DNA of 64,000 nt, taken from the human T2T-CHM13v2.0 reference genome, Homo sapiens. The stretch is taken from assembly GCA_009914755.4 (NCBI GenBank), contig CP068257.2, positions 12,960,001 through 13,024,000 on the forward strand, given 5' to 3'. Made by a program: the position numbers and the translations under genes. This document shows, in pieces, positions 13,992 through 31,130 of this stretch. Position 1 is the stretch's first letter; each line of letters starts with the position of its first letter. The notes under the pieces are model-generated. The model was not told where the DNA came from, ran no database searches, and worked only from the letters and a program-made list of their open reading frames with translations.

Positions 13992-14016
13992 CACGCGCGT
14001 GTGTGTGTGTGTGTGT
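13953..14016. repeat. (GT)n microsatellite with a central GC-alternating core (gtgcgcgcgtgcacgcgcgtg)
   Basis: Direct reading. Alternating purine-pyrimidine tracts of this kind can form Z-DNA. Confidence 0.9.
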
Positions 14017-14849
14017 TCTACTCTGAATTCCAAAAGAAAGATACCACTTTGGAGAGTTATTTCAGTGAAAAAATGTCTAGTCCTTTAATTTGACATTTGC
14101 CATGAATGCTGGGTAAAACTTACTCCTGTTAGCCTTCACTTCAGTATCCCCTAAGTTAGGCAGTAATCATTCTTCTTACCTTTCATTCACTAGGGAATGT
14201 GTGGCTTAATTTTATTTTTCTCCCTAGCAATTGTTAGAAAATAAAAAATGAAATGTAGAAAAATTATTACAAATGAACCAACAGAAACTAAGAAACATTT
14301 CCAAGCTATGTTATTTTTAAGGTAAATGAGGGTAGACTCTAACAGCAAAGCACTTCCGTATATAAAATTAGGTCAAAGTTTTAAAAAATAGAAAGAGAAG
14401 ATGTACCTTAAAAGAACAGATAAATTGTAGATATCAAATATATTTCTATTCTCATGCAGAGGTTACAGATGACTATCCTTTGGGATTCAGACTAATATGT
14501 GCCTGTTTCTTGCTTTATTGCTTTGTAAACCTCACTTTCAAATTACAAAGTCAAAAGGAAAAATGTAAATATGTCAGGAGTTGTTGTTGCCTAGCTAATG
14601 GAAATGGGAAAGATGATTCTGTACCAGAGAAAACTGATTGGCAGCAATTGATGATGTAAATCCCATGGTGAATTTTTAGGACTGTAGAGCTGATGCAAAC
14701 TTTGACTTGAAAATGAAAAAATTGAGGCTCAAAATGATAAATGGACTCATTTAGGATCAAGCATATAGTGCTTTACCTTAACTAAATACTGGTGGATTTA
14801 AAACATTTCTAATGTATTTTTTTTGGAATTGCACAAGTCATTCATTTCT

Positions 14850-14935
14850 ACATTCACATTTTATTCAACAAACACTTATTGAACATCTACTATGTACCAG
14901 ACACTGTTGTAGGGGAGAAAAGATTTATTTCCTCA
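14850..14935 (-). mobile_element. MIR (ancient SINE) 3'-region fragment
   Basis: ttcaacaaacacttattgaacatctactatgtaccagacactgttgtagg is the reverse complement of MIR ...cctggcacatagtaagcgctcaataaatgttgg... Confidence 0.5.
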
Positions 14936-15480
14936 CCTATCACAAAGTTCATGGCTGATATTCCTATAACAAAAGAGAGATTAGCAAGATAAAATAATAC
15001 ACACTTATTTATTAAAAGTTTTATGTGGCATAAACCTTCAGAAATGAAGTCCCTAAAACTCAGAGAAAAGTGTATTTTTTTTAATTGCCGTGTAGAAATA
15101 TGATTGGAAGACAAAAGGTATGATCTGATGGTAATAAACTGGAGGGAATTTAGAAAGGCCTGTTTGTTCAGCTTCCTCTTGGCGTCTCTGTGTGACATCC
15201 CTTTTCTCTGAGTATAGAGCAGAATACCTGTCATTTGAGAGCCTTCAGAGGAGGAGAAGGGGAGAGTAATTCAGAGAGTGATCTTCTTAGATTTTATGGC
15301 CTGCTTCAGGGTAGAAGGAGAGAGGGGGAATTATAATTCTATGGCCTGTTTCAGGGGAGAAAGGGGCAATGGAAATTTCGGTTTCTATGGTCCACTTTAG
15401 GAGAGAAGGGGCAAGAGAAAGTCAGAGATATCTTCCTGCTTCTGCTGTTTTCTTAATTTCCTTCACTTCAAGATAGTCAA

Positions 15481-15840
15481 TGATATGGTTAGGCTTTGTG
15501 TCCCCACCCAAATCTCATCTTGAATTGTAATCCCTAGGTGTTGAGGGAGGAACTTGGAGGGAATTGGGTCATGGGGGTGGTTTTCCCTATGCTGTTCTCA
15601 TGATACTGAGTGAGTTCTTACGAGATGTGATGGTTTCATAAGTGGTTAACAGTTCCTCCTACTCTCTCCTGCCACCATGTGAAGAAGGTACATTCTGCCT
15701 ACTTCCCCTTCTGTCATGACTGTAAGTTTCCTGAGGCCTCCCTCACAGTGGTTTGACTATGAGTCCATTAAACCTCTTTCCTTTATAGATTGCCCAGTTC
15801 TGGATATTTCTTTATAGCAGTGTGAACATGATCTAATACA
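15481..15840 (+). mobile_element. MaLR solo LTR, THE1/MST-like and diverged
   Basis: Starts tgatatggttaggctttgtgtccccacccaaatctcatcttgaattgtaatccc. Internal ...gggtcatgggggtgg...tgatggtttcataagtgg...ctcctgccaccatgtgaag...gagtccattaaacctctttcctttatagattgcccagtt. Ends ...ctaataca. Confidence 0.7.
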
Positions 15841-16463
15841 TTCAGTATGCCAATGTGTGATATTTTAAGGTAGCATTTCATGTACCCCTCATTGTTTTAG
15901 ATGCAAAAAAGAATTGCAAGTAGTCTTTCTTTCAATTATCTATCACCAGTGACTGTTGATCTCAGAATCCTATTGAATTCCATTTTTTTAGCTTTAAAGA
16001 TTAAATGAGTTAACCTATATAAAATCCTTACATGATGTCAAACACACTGGAGATACATATAGATGACATTTCTTATTAGATACATTGTTTATTAATAGTT
16101 AGATAGAATTCTGATTTTGAAGTGAATTGAACATGGGTACAAACACATATGTAAATATGTATAACACACATATAAATTCCTATTAAAATAAGCTAATTCA
16201 ATTTCTATTTTGTTTAATTCATTCTCTTGCAAAAATGAAGATTGTTCACTTGCATAACTAAAATGGTTATATTAATATTAAAATACAGTGATTCCAAAAA
16301 TGCCACACGCAAACTGAATAAGTATGTTTCTGGATATTTCTTGGCTTCCTATGTTTCAACAAATTTCCTACAGATTTTCAAAGAAGACATGACAGTTTAT
16401 TTTTAAAATTCCAGTAGACATGTAGCAAAGAGGATGATTATGAAACTTCAAAGGTAATAGACA

Positions 16464-17475
16464 GGGTGGTTCCAAGATGGCCGAATAGGAACAGCTCCAG
16501 TCTACAGCTCCCAGCATGAGTGACACAGAAGACGGGTGATTTCTGCATTTCCATCTGAGGTACTGGGTTCATCTCACAGGGGCTTGTCAGACAGTGGGTG
16601 CAGCCCACTGAGTGTGAGCCGAAGCAGGACAAGGCATCGCCTCACCTGGGAAGCACAAGGGACCAGGGAATCCTCTTTCCTAGCCAAGGGAAGCTGCGAC
16701 AGATGGCACCTGGAAAATCGGGTCACTCCCACCCTAATACTGCACTTTTCCAACAGTCTTAGCAAACGGCACTCCAGGAGATTATATCCCACACCTGGCT
16801 CAGAGGATCCCATGCCCATGGAGCCTCACTCATTGCTAGCACAGCAGTCTGAGATCGAACTGCAAGGTCACAGAGAGGCTGGGGGAGGGGCGCCCACCAT
16901 TGCTGAGGCTTGAGTAGATAAACAAAGTGGCTGGGAAGCTCCAACTGGGTGGAGCCCACCGCAGCTCAAGGAGGCCTGCCTGCCTCTGTAGACTCCACCT
17001 CTGGCAGCAGGGCATAGCCAAACAAAAGGCAGCAGAAACCTCTGCAGACTTAAATGTCCCTGTCTGACAGCTTTGAAGAGAGTAGTGGTTCTCTCAGCAT
17101 GGAGTTAGAGATCTGAGAATGGACAGACTGCCCCCTCAAGGGGGTCCCTGACCCTCGAGTAGCCTAACTAGGAGGCACACCCCAGTACGGGCAGACTGAC
17201 ACCCCACATGGCTGGGTACCCCTCTGAGATGAAGCTTCCAGAGGAAAGATCAGGCAGCAACATTTGCTGTTCAGCAATGTTCTCTGTTCTGCAGCCTCTG
17301 CTGCTAATACCCAGGCAAACAGGGTCTGGAGTGGACCTCCAGCAAACACCAACATACCTGCAGCTGAGGGTCCTGACTGCTAGAAGGAAAACTAACAAAC
17401 AGAAAGGACATCCACACCAAAACCCCATCTGTACATCACCATCATCAAAGACCAAAGGTAGATAAAACCACAAAG
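16464..17475 (+). promoter_or_regulatory. L1PA 5'UTR: internal Pol II sense promoter with YY1 box (ccaagatggccgaat, 16471-16485) and antisense promoter region
   Basis: Established L1 biology applied to the recognised 5'UTR sequence. The activity of this particular copy is unknown. Confidence 0.5.
16759..16959 (-). CDS. Antisense 66-aa ORF in the L1 5'UTR at the position of primate L1 ORF0 (MGSTQLELPSHFVYLLKPQQWWAPLPQPLCDLAV...)
   Basis: ATG-initiated ORF on the antisense strand, about 295-495 nt into the 5'UTR, where ORF0 has been reported for L1PA elements. The peptide is recalled rather than searched. Confidence 0.35.
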   Translation of the reverse strand: MGSTQLELPSHFVYLLKPQQWWAPLPQPLCDLAVRSQTAVLAMSEAPWAWDPLSQVWDIISWSAVC

Positions 17476-18487
17476 ATGGGGTAAAAACAGCAGAAAAGCT
17501 GAAAATTCTAAAAACCAGAGTGCCTCTCCTCCTCCAAAGGAATGCAGCTCCTCGCCAGCAATGGAACAAAGCTGGATGGACAATGACTTTGACAAGTTGA
17601 GAGAAGAAGGCTTCAGATGATCAAACTTCTCCGAGCTAAAGGAAGAAGTTTGAACCCACCGCAAAGAAGCTAAAAAGCTTGGGAAAAGATTAGACGAATG
17701 GCTAACTAGAATAACCAGTGTAGACAAGTCCTTAAATGACCTGATGGAGCTGAAAACCATGGTACAAGAACTACGTGACGAATCCACAAGTTTCAGTAGC
17801 CAATTCAATCAACAGGAAGAAAGGATATCAGTGATTGAAGATCAAATGAATGAAATGAAATGAGAAGAGAAGTTTAGACAAAAAAGAGTAAAAAGAAATG
17901 AACAGCCTCTAAGAATTATGGGACTATGTGAAAAGACCAAATCTACATCTGATTGGTGTACCTGAAAGTGACGGGGAGAATGGAACCAAGTTGGAAAACA
18001 CTCTGCAGGATATTATCAAGGAGAACTTCCCCAACCTAGCAAGGCAGGCCAACATTCAAATTCAGGAAATACAGAGAATGCCACAAAGATACTCCTTGAG
18101 AAGAGCAACTCCAAGACACATAATTGTCAGATTCACCAAAGTTGAAATGAAGGAAAAAATGTTAAGGGCAGCCAGAGAGAAAAGTCAGGTTACCCACAAA
18201 GGGAAGCCCATCTGACTAACAGCGGACCTCTCAGCAGAAACTCCACAAGCCAGAAGAGAGTGGGGGCCAATATTCAACATTCTTAAAGAAAAGAATTTTC
18301 AACCCAGAATTTCATATCCAGTCAAACCAAGCTTTATAAGTGAAGGAGAAATAAAATCCTTTACAGACAAGCAAATGCTGAGAGAATTTGTCACCACCAG
18401 GCCTGCCCTACAAGAGCTCCTAAGGAAGCACTAAACATGGAAAGGAACAACCAGTACCAGCCACTGCAAAAACATGACAAATTGTAA
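17476..18487 (+). pseudogene. L1 ORF1 (RNA-binding protein) remnant, disrupted
   Basis: atg ggg taa at 17476-17484 puts a stop at codon 3 (consensus ATGGGGAAA). There is a frame change before the ...LIGVPESDGENGTKLENTLQDIIKENFPNLARQANIQIQEIQRMPQRYS segment (ORF 17928-18215) and an internal stop ...cccatctgactaac. Confidence 0.85.
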
Positions 18488-18550
18488 AGACCATCAATGC
18501 TAGGAAGAAACTGCATCAACTAACGAGAAAAATAAACAGCTAACATCATA

Positions 18551-22381
<3,831 letters not shown>

Positions 22382-25300
22382 ACAATGAGAACACATGGAC
22401 ACAGGGTGAGGAACATCACACACTGGGGCCTGTCATGGGGTGGGGGTAGGGGGAAGGGATAGCATTAGGAGATATACCTAATGTAAATGATGAGTTAATG
22501 GGTGCAGCACACCAATATGGCACATGTATACATATGTAACAAACCTGCACGTTGTGCACATGTACCCTAGAACTTAAAGTATAATGAAAAAAAAAAGCAA
22601 TATAAACACCAGGAGAGCTTGATAAGACTTGGAGCTAATGTTAGGTGCATAAATGCATATACCCCAATAAAAGTCATATAAACATTTAGTCTTCCAAAAT
22701 TTTTCACCAAATTTTACTTCCTCATAGACTCCTGGAAAACAAAAGGACTCTCTTGTTCTCTGAATACTCTCCATCCTTGCCTCAATTTAGATATGCTCAA
22801 GATGGAAGCACTCAGAGTGTGACTTGATCTGACTCCAAACTGATCTAGAATTGAAGGCTGTTAGGAAGACTATTCTCACACATACTTGTACTTTGAAAGG
22901 TGGTTCTACAAATTGTCTGGAGGCCCATGGCCAATATCAACAGGGTTTTGTGAGGAAAGAGATCCCCCTAGTAGCAGTGAGCATTGTCATGCACAGCATG
23001 AATGCTCAATAAATGTACTAAATTGAACTAAAATTTTTAACAAATATGAGGATACACTAACATCAAATCAAAAACAAAAAAAAGTAAAATGATGCTGCGA
23101 GCTTCTCAGGGCATAATTAATAGAAAGCTATTTCATATTATCTTCTTAAGGCTAAAGGAAGCATTTTGGGAGTTAACTACGAGGATAAGTGATTCTAGGA
23201 AATGTGATACAGAAAAGGGGTTTGTGTTCCTGAGACTTCTCCCTTGTCTGGGGAGCACCATTTCTCCTTCCATGTTGAATATCCTCACCCAAAAAGTGAG
23301 ACAAAGTTTGCTCTAGTCCAGCAATAGACAGGATGGTACCAGGAGCTGAAATTATTTTTATAGGAATAGAAAGAAATTTCTGCAATAAGACTTAAAAATA
23401 TCAATTAAAACAAAGACAAATATACACGATGAAACACAACAGCATCCAATCAATGGGATAGGAGATTAAAATCATTTCATTAAAGGTTACAAATTATGCT
23501 GGATAGAAAGAATAACTTCTAGTGTTCCATAGAACTATAGGATGATTAACAATAATATATTATAGTTTCAAATAGCTAAAATAAGGATGTTGAGTGTTAC
23601 CAACCCAAAGAAATGATATTTGAGATGATGGACGTGCTACTTACTCTGATCTGATCACTATACATGATATATATTGAAATACCACTGTATACTCCCCAAA
23701 TATGTACAATTATTGTGTCAACTAAAATATGAAATAATAAAATAAAACAATTTTAAAATTAAAAAAAGAAAAAGTTCATAGACTAATTTTTCAGTGTATC
23801 TAAGGCAATCAGAGAGATGAAAAAATATATATTGAGCTACCAACTGTATTTTCAAAACGAGAAGATTTATGTGACTGGTAACAAGTCATCACAAATGTGA
23901 AAAAGTCCTACTGCCTTCCTCCATACCTGATTGCAAATGAATGGAAAAATTCCAGTGACAGAAAAGTCTCCCAAGTTATGAATGAGATCACTTTGGCAAA
24001 GGGGAATGTTGGTAAATGTCAGAGCCCAGTCAGTTAAAAAGCAAGTTACTAAGAATGACAAGGATAAAATCCTATCCTTTTTGTGATTTCTTGATTTTAC
24101 ACATTTGCAGAATAATAACGGTGGAATACATACAGTATCAAGCATAGTTCTAAATGCTTTTTGTGTAGTAATTAATTTAATCCTCACAACAATCTGTAGG
24201 GTTGATACTATTACAATTAACCTCAATTTATAGGTAAATTTATAGATGGGTAAACAGAGGCACAGAGCAGTCAACATTCTTGCCTAAGCTCACACAACTA
24301 GTAAGTGATAAAACTAGGGTTTTGTGCGTGGTGTCTTCACTACTACCTGATACTACTTCTATGCTTGACGGCATAGATCCAAAATCTACTGATCATCTAG
24401 GTCAGAAATTTCACAAAGAAGCACTATTAGCCAGAAGGGAGATTAGCTACAAAAATGCAGAGAAATGTAATACCACATGTCACTACTAAATAACTCAGAA
24501 AGAACACCCTTCTTCAAGCCCTAATACTAATAATTTAGTACTATTTGAAGACAAGTGTGTAAACAGCACACTGATGTGTTTTAAAGGTATTAATTATTTT
24601 GTAGCTGCCATCATCATCATCAAAGAATGCCCAGCAATTTATGACAGCACAGTTAATTAAAAGCGGACACTTCAGGAACCAATGAATTTAGATGACAGTC
24701 TGTGCATTAGAGAGCCCCCTCAGCATATTACTGTAATAATGTTATGGTTCTCAGGGAAAACAGATTTTATCCTCCTGTGAGAATAAAATGAAGAAGGAAA
24801 AGCTACAATCAGCTCTTTCTGATGGGAAAAGTAAGGCTTGCTTGCCAGCCTGTCCAGCTCCTGTCTTCAAGAAACAACCCCATACAGCTAGTGAATTCTG
24901 CTTTCTCTAAGAGGGTGGTGTACAGCATCCACACACAGCCTCTCATCGCAGGGCAGGTCCTGTAGCTTATAGCGCCTGGAGAATGCACGGGGCCATAATC
25001 CATCAGGAAGAGGGCTGGTAAATTGCACGAACTTTGCCATTTGTCTACTAGTGTGCGAAGAGAGCTTTATATCAATCCTAAAGCAACAAACTCTTCTCAG
25101 AGCACTATAAATATCCAGGATGGCAAAACAGGTTACCTAGGGGATGGTTATTTGCATTATAAAAGATTCCTCCTTTGCAAAAAGATTCCCTTCCAGATGT
25201 CTTAAAACAGAGGTCTCTTAAGTGTCCTTAAATGTGATTTATAAAATTATATTTACACAAGGTTTTAGAAAGGGAAAGAACAACTAATGTTTATTAAGTG

Positions 25301-26709
25301 CCATGTTTCCTGCCACTTATTATCTTCTTCAATCTTCATAGCCACAAATGAAACAAGAGCAAGCCAAGCAAACTTGCAAAAAAATGTGATAGGAAATCCG
25401 ATGGGTAAAAATGTCAAATTCCATCTTTGCAATGGAAAAGCACTGAACTGGTACCCCAGAACCTGGCTTGCTCTCCCAGGGCTGCTACTAAACTGGACAA
25501 GACCCAGGAACCCACCCACAGCTCAATCAGGTGTCCATGTATAAAACGAAGGCTGATGAACAGGAACTTTAAAATCCCTTTCTGTAGAAACAATCCATGC
25601 TTCCTGATCTATAGTAGTTCGGTCCAATGTCAGTAGTGATGACAAATGCTTTTAAGAGAAAATTAAAGTAGGAATGGGCTTTTTTGCTTTACAGCTTTTT
25701 TTTTTTTAGAGATGATTAAAGAGATAACCATGGCTTTCATCAGATTCAATTAGTAGTTCTCCTGTAAGCCTAGGAAATAAAAAAAAGAACAGAGCACAAT
25801 TAACCTTCATCTATTGATTTCATTTTATTTTAACATAAGTCTCTATTTACGGGACGAAACCAATTAAAACTACCAAAAGGTGTTCATATGTGAATTGGTG
25901 GCAGAAGAACAGCTGTATGTAATCATAGATATAACAGGAAACAATAAAAATGAAAGAAAAGTGCAGTCTTTTTAGTCAACGTAATCTGTGTTTTACATAT
26001 TGGCTTGTTATGAGTCATTACACAATCTCAAAGTCAAGGAAAAGATTACGTGCACTGTTTTGACATTGACTCCTCTTGTCCATAGTTTGATGAAGACCTA
26101 GCTGATGGATGCCATTGTTAATCTCATTTTCTTCCTTTAGTGTCTATGTTATTAATAGCTATGTCAATGTTGATGATAATATAAGACAGAACAAAAAACT
26201 CTCAATTTTAATAGTTTAAGCCAAGTAAGAAATGCAGTTAAGTGGTTAGAATACCAACTTGGGAGTCACCTACTTTGACTTCTCCATTACTCACCTATTC
26301 TAAGATGACATGTCACCTTTCAATGTGTCCATTTACCCATTTATAAGACACTAGACTCTAAGTGGTTTTTTAAGACCTTTTGTGAAAGGTTCTGGGACAC
26401 TGTGCAGTGACAACATCTTAAACACCTCTCTTTCATCATTTTTAACTCTATTTCTTCCTTTTTAAGCTAAGCTTAAATCTCATGTTCTCCATGGGACTTG
26501 TACCATTAAACTACGAACCACAGTTATGTACTTAGAGTTAACACCTGCTATTGATCATTTACCTTGTCCCAGACTTCCTGCTAATAGTATAAAATACATT
26601 GTCACTTTTTATTCTCACCTGATAATTAAGAGGTAACAAATAGTTTTCTCATTTTATAGGAGAAGAAACAAGGGCTTAAAGAGTTTAAAGAACTTGTCCA
26701 AGGTGGGAT

Positions 26710-26972
26710 TTGTTTGTTTGTTTGTTTTTTTCTTTGAAACAGAGTCTTGCTCCATCACCCAGGCTTTCTGGGTTCAAGCGATTCTCCTGCCTCAGCCTTC
26801 CGAGTAGCTGGGATTACAGGTGCCCACCACCACACCCGGCAATTTTTTGTATTTTTAATAGAGACAGGGTTCACCATATTGGCCAGACTGGTCTCAAACT
26901 CCTGACTTTGTGATCTGCCCACCTCCACCTCCCAAAGTGCTGGGATTACAGGCGTAAGCCACCATGCCCCAC
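26710..26972 (-). mobile_element. Alu SINE with a (GTTT)n-modified tail
   Basis: gtttgtttgtttgtttttttctttgaaacagagtcttgctccatcacccaggctttctgggttcaagcgattctcctgcctcagcc...gggattacaggcgtaagccaccatgcccc. Confidence 0.9.
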
Positions 26973-27207
26973 CCAAGATGGGATTTTTATAATGTTTGTT
27001 TGACTTCCTCCCCCCAATTTTGTGCTTCTAATTACTGTATTGCATTATTTTTAGGAATTCCTCCTGGGGATTCTTACAGATGTTAGGCTTGATACTTATA
27101 AATCAGAATTTAATCACCATTACTTATGTTACTCTCTAGATATTTTGAATATATATTTTCTTGCTGAAGTGGACATCTGTCTTTCATTGATCTGAAAATC
27201 AATGTGT

Positions 27208-27289
27208 AGAAGAAGGAATAAGAAGAGGAAGAGAAGAAAAAAGAGAAGTAGGAAGAAGGAAGGAAGGAAGGAAGGAAGGGAAGGAAAAA
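27208..27289. repeat. Purine-rich GA/GGAA microsatellite, including (GGAA)5
   Basis: gaagaaggaataagaagaggaagagaagaaaaaagagaagtaggaagaaggaaggaaggaaggaaggaagggaaggaaaaaaa. Confidence 0.9.
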
Positions 27290-27719
27290 AACTCATCTAA
27301 CTTCTCTTGCTACTAGAATAAGATATGCTGTTTAGGTCACATCTATCACAGATGCTAACTTAAGACACTGATACAAAACCTGACTAACATAGGGAAACAG
27401 CAAGGTGTGTGCATCTATTTTTAATGTCACAAACTTCAGTGGAGAGAGTGGTTCTGGATCCAGCCATTGTGGTAGTAGCTGCTTGATTTGGCCACTTCCT
27501 AACTGTGATAGAAGCAGCAGCAATCTTTGGTGGCTGGTTTATACTGTGCCTTCTCGGTGTAATCCCTGCAAACTTAGAGTATGTGTTTTGAGTTCCCAAT
27601 AATTCTGGGCTCTCTATAACCTGTAGTATATTCCTTTCTGCTTAAATTGACTAGCATTCATTTGTATATCTGCAAATAACCCTGATCAGTATCTTGTCAC
27701 ATTAATTTTAGTTCCCGTA

Positions 27720-27930
27720 TTAGTTATGTATTGTGCAACAATAAATTGTGCACAAATTTATACAAATAATTGTGTATTATTTGTATAATTGTAATACAAA
27801 TAATTGCATTTGCATAATTGTATTTGTATAATTATTTGTATAATTGTAATACAAATAATATTGTAATACAAATAATTGTGTATTATTTATTGTGCAACAG
27901 TAAATTGTGCAACAAATTACTCCCAAATTT
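27720..27930. repeat. Complex AT-rich tandem, minisatellite-like repeat
   Basis: tgtataattgtaatacaaataattg occurs at 27781 and 27837. caaataattgtgtattattt occurs at 27763 and 27868. The flanking direct repeats are attgtgcaacaataaattgtgcacaaatt and attgtgcaacagtaaattgtgcaacaaatt. Confidence 0.7.
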
Positions 27931-28485
27931 AATGGCTTAAAAAATACATGTTTATTATCTCAGAGTTTCTGTGGGTTAAGAATATGGGCCTGACTTAGAT
28001 GGGTTCTCTGTTCCATGGTCACTCACAGGATTGTAATCAACTGTGGGCCCAAAGGTTTAAGGTTTCATCTGAAGGTTCAGCTAGGGAAAGGATTCTCCTT
28101 TAATTTTACTCAGTGATCGTTGGCAGCATTCAATTTCCTGAAGGCTGTTGGGCTGGAGGCCTTACTTTATTGTTGGCTATAGACTGAATGCCTTTCCTAG
28201 TTCCTTATCATGCAGGTCTCTTCCACATGGAATCTGGCTTCATTATAGTGTGCAAAACAAGAAGGCAACAGAGGCAGTCTGCTAGCCCGTCTTTTGTACC
28301 CTAATCACAAAAGTGACTTCCTGTCACCTTTGCCCTACTCTATTGGAATCAAGTAACATGCAAGGATGAAGATTACACAAGGACATAAATACCAAAAGTC
28401 AGATGTTATGGTTAATTTATTTTATGTGTCAACATGGCTAGGCCACAGTACCCAGATATTTAGTGAAACACCAGTCTAGATGTTG

Positions 28486-28518
<33 letters not shown>

Positions 28519-28535
28519 TACACACACACAGACAC
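28486..28535. repeat. (CT)n(CA)n compound microsatellite
   Basis: ctctctctctctctctctacacacacacatacacacacacagacacc. Confidence 0.9.
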
Positions 28536-29389
28536 CATGCACACCCTATTACTTCTGTTTCTCTAGAGAACCCTGATTAATACAGTGGTGTTCACTGAGG
28601 TCCTTTTAAAATTTTGCCTTCTGCACTACCAAAAGGAAAGTAATAGAGTTTAATGTTGGACAACGCTCCACTCCAGAAAAATCTTAAATGTATTTATGGA
28701 GCCATTTTAGTGCAGCATGGGGCCTTAAAAAACATCTGGTCTAACTCTGTTAGTTTATAGAGGTAAAAACTGGGTTCTGGATTGGGTAATGACTTAATCA
28801 AGTTCTATTTAGGAACCAAGCCAGAAGGAGAACTCAGTTTTCCATTTTAATGCTCTTACTATTGTCTGATAAGTTATCCCAAGTTGAAAGTGGAGAATTA
28901 TGCCTGGTGGCCTAATATGATTATAGTAGAGGAAAATCTTCATGGACAAATGGAGCAGGGTAGTTCTACCCTTCAGTTGTTCTTCCCATAATGGGCAATG
29001 GTTTTGTGCTGGTGCCCTCTATCCTTCAGCCGAGACTCCCTAATGGTCAATAGCGTGCATATCCAAGTCAGTTATCTGAGGTCATGGATGCTGCCTTTGG
29101 CTATGAAATAGAACAAAACTAACTAGCCATGAGGGGATTAACTCCTGACCTTGGCCTCATTAGTGCTGAGCTCTAACCAACTGTTGGACACATATCATAT
29201 TGTTTGTCTTTAAAACTATGCTTGAATCTGCTATATTACTTTCTCATTAATATCTAGTAGCTGGGAATAATTTAATGGATTTTTCCAGTGCTTTTTATCA
29301 GTACAAAATGCTGATGAGTAAGTGTATAAAAAATTAAACTTGATTTTTAAAATATTTAATTTTATTATTATCATTATCCCTATTTTACA

Positions 29390-30668
29390 AACGGTGCTGG
29401 GAAAACTGGCTAGCCATATGCAGAAAACTGAAACTGGACCCCTTCCTTATACCTTATACAAAAATTAACTCAAGATGGATTAAAGACTTAAATTTAAAAC
29501 CCAAAACTATAAAAAAAACCCTAGAAGAAAACGTAGGCAATACCATTCAGGACGTAGGTACAGGAAAAGATTTTACGATGAAATCACCAAAAGCAATTGC
29601 AACAAAAGCTAAAATTGACAAATGGGATCTAATTAAACTAAAGAGCTTCTGCACAGAAAAAGAAACTATCATCAGAATGAACAGGCAATCTACAGAATGG
29701 GAGAAAATTTTTGCAATCTACCATGTGACAAAGGTCTAGTATCCAGAATTTACAAGGAACTTAAACAAATTTCCAAGAAAAAAAAATAAACAGCCCCATC
29801 AAAAAGTAGGCAAAGGAGATGAACAGATACTTCTCAAAAGAAGACATTTATGCAGCCAACAAACATGAAGAAAGGCTCAACATCACTGATCATTAGAGAA
29901 ATGCAAATCAAAACCACAATGAGATACCATCTCACACCAGTCAGATGGTGATTATTAAAAAGTCAAGAAAAAACAGATGCTGGCGAGGATGTGGAGAAAT
30001 AGAAAGGTTTTTACACTGTTAGTGGGAATGTGAATCAGTTCATCCACTGTGGAAGACAGTGTGGTGATACCTCAAGGATCTGGAACCAGAAATACCATTT
30101 GACCCGGAAATACAATTTGACCCATATATCCCGTTACTGGGTATATACCCAAAGGAATATAAATCATTCTGTTATAAAGATACATGGACACTTACGTTTA
30201 TTACAGCACTATTCACAATAGCAAAGACATGGAACCAACCTAAATGTCCATCAATGATAGACTGGAAAAGAAAATGTGGTACATATACACCATGAAATAC
30301 TATGTGGCCATAAAGAGGAATGAGATCATGTCCTTTGCAGGGACATGGGTGAAGCTGGAAGCCATTATCCTCAGCAAACTAACACAGGAACAGAAGACCA
30401 AACATCACATGTTCTCACTCATAAGTGGGAGTTGAACAATGAGAACACATGGACACAGGGAGGGGAACAACACACACCAGGGACTGTTAGGGGGCAATGA
30501 CGAGGGGAGGGATAGCATTAGGACAAACACCTAATGTATGCGGGGCTTAAAACTTAGATGATGGGTTGATAGGTGCTGCAAAACACCATGACACGCATAT
30601 ACCTATGTAACAACCCTGCATGTCCTGCACATGTATCCCAGAACTTAAAGTGAAAAAAATTTAAAAGG
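29390..30668 (+). mobile_element. 5'-truncated L1 (older L1P) 3' portion: ORF2 C-terminus plus 3'UTR
   Basis: ggtgctgggaaaactggctagccatatgcagaaaactgaaactggaccccttccttataccttatacaaaaattaactcaagatggattaaagactt...agagaaatgcaaatcaaaaccacaatgagataccatctcacaccagtcag...cctatgtaacaaccctgcatgtcctgcacatgtatcccagaacttaaagtgaaaaaaa. Confidence 0.9.
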
Positions 30669-31130
30669 AAAAGAAAACCCTGAAATATGAATTAGTAGGT
30701 GAAAAAATACCACTATAATAGATGTTCTTGTTTACAGCTGTCTACATTTGGTGGGAAATCTAAGGCTGAGTTGTCAAACACTCCACTATACCTAGGTGTC
30801 TGAGGCAATTTGTGGAGATTAAAATCTTGGGTTTTCTAATGCGCATCAACAGTAAATCCTGTTGCTTCTTCTTGTCCAGTAAAAATCAATACTTTTAGAT
30901 AAGAAGCATTGATTGCAAATTATTTTAAGCAGTTATTTTAAAATAACATCCAAGATTAAGTGAGAGTTTGACTTAAAGTCATTTAATCAAGGATACTAAA
31001 TTAAAAGATTACTCTGCCCGGGTGTGGTGGTTTGCAGAAGGAAAGGCAATGATCATTAACATGCACCATGCCAGGTGCTTAAAGAGGGTTACAACAACAT
31101 TTGATGCTCGCTGCAAACCAAGAGACAGAA

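Noticed and set aside
16536-17808. Overlapping ORFs of 125-138 aa on both strands inside the L1 5'UTR and ORF1 region
   Set aside because: Chance ORFs in GC-rich L1 5'UTR. Only the 66-aa antisense ORF at 16759-16959 has a plausible (ORF0) interpretation.
22597-22620. Target-site duplication for the full-length L1PA
   Set aside because: The candidate flanks (aatagacag at the 5' side, aatataaacac at the 3' side) are too imperfect to call by eye.
27720-27930. Tandem and direct repeats that superficially resemble a repeat-spacer array
   Set aside because: Eukaryotic AT-rich minisatellite-like sequence. The units are irregular, there is no conserved repeat with variable spacers, and the context is primate DNA.
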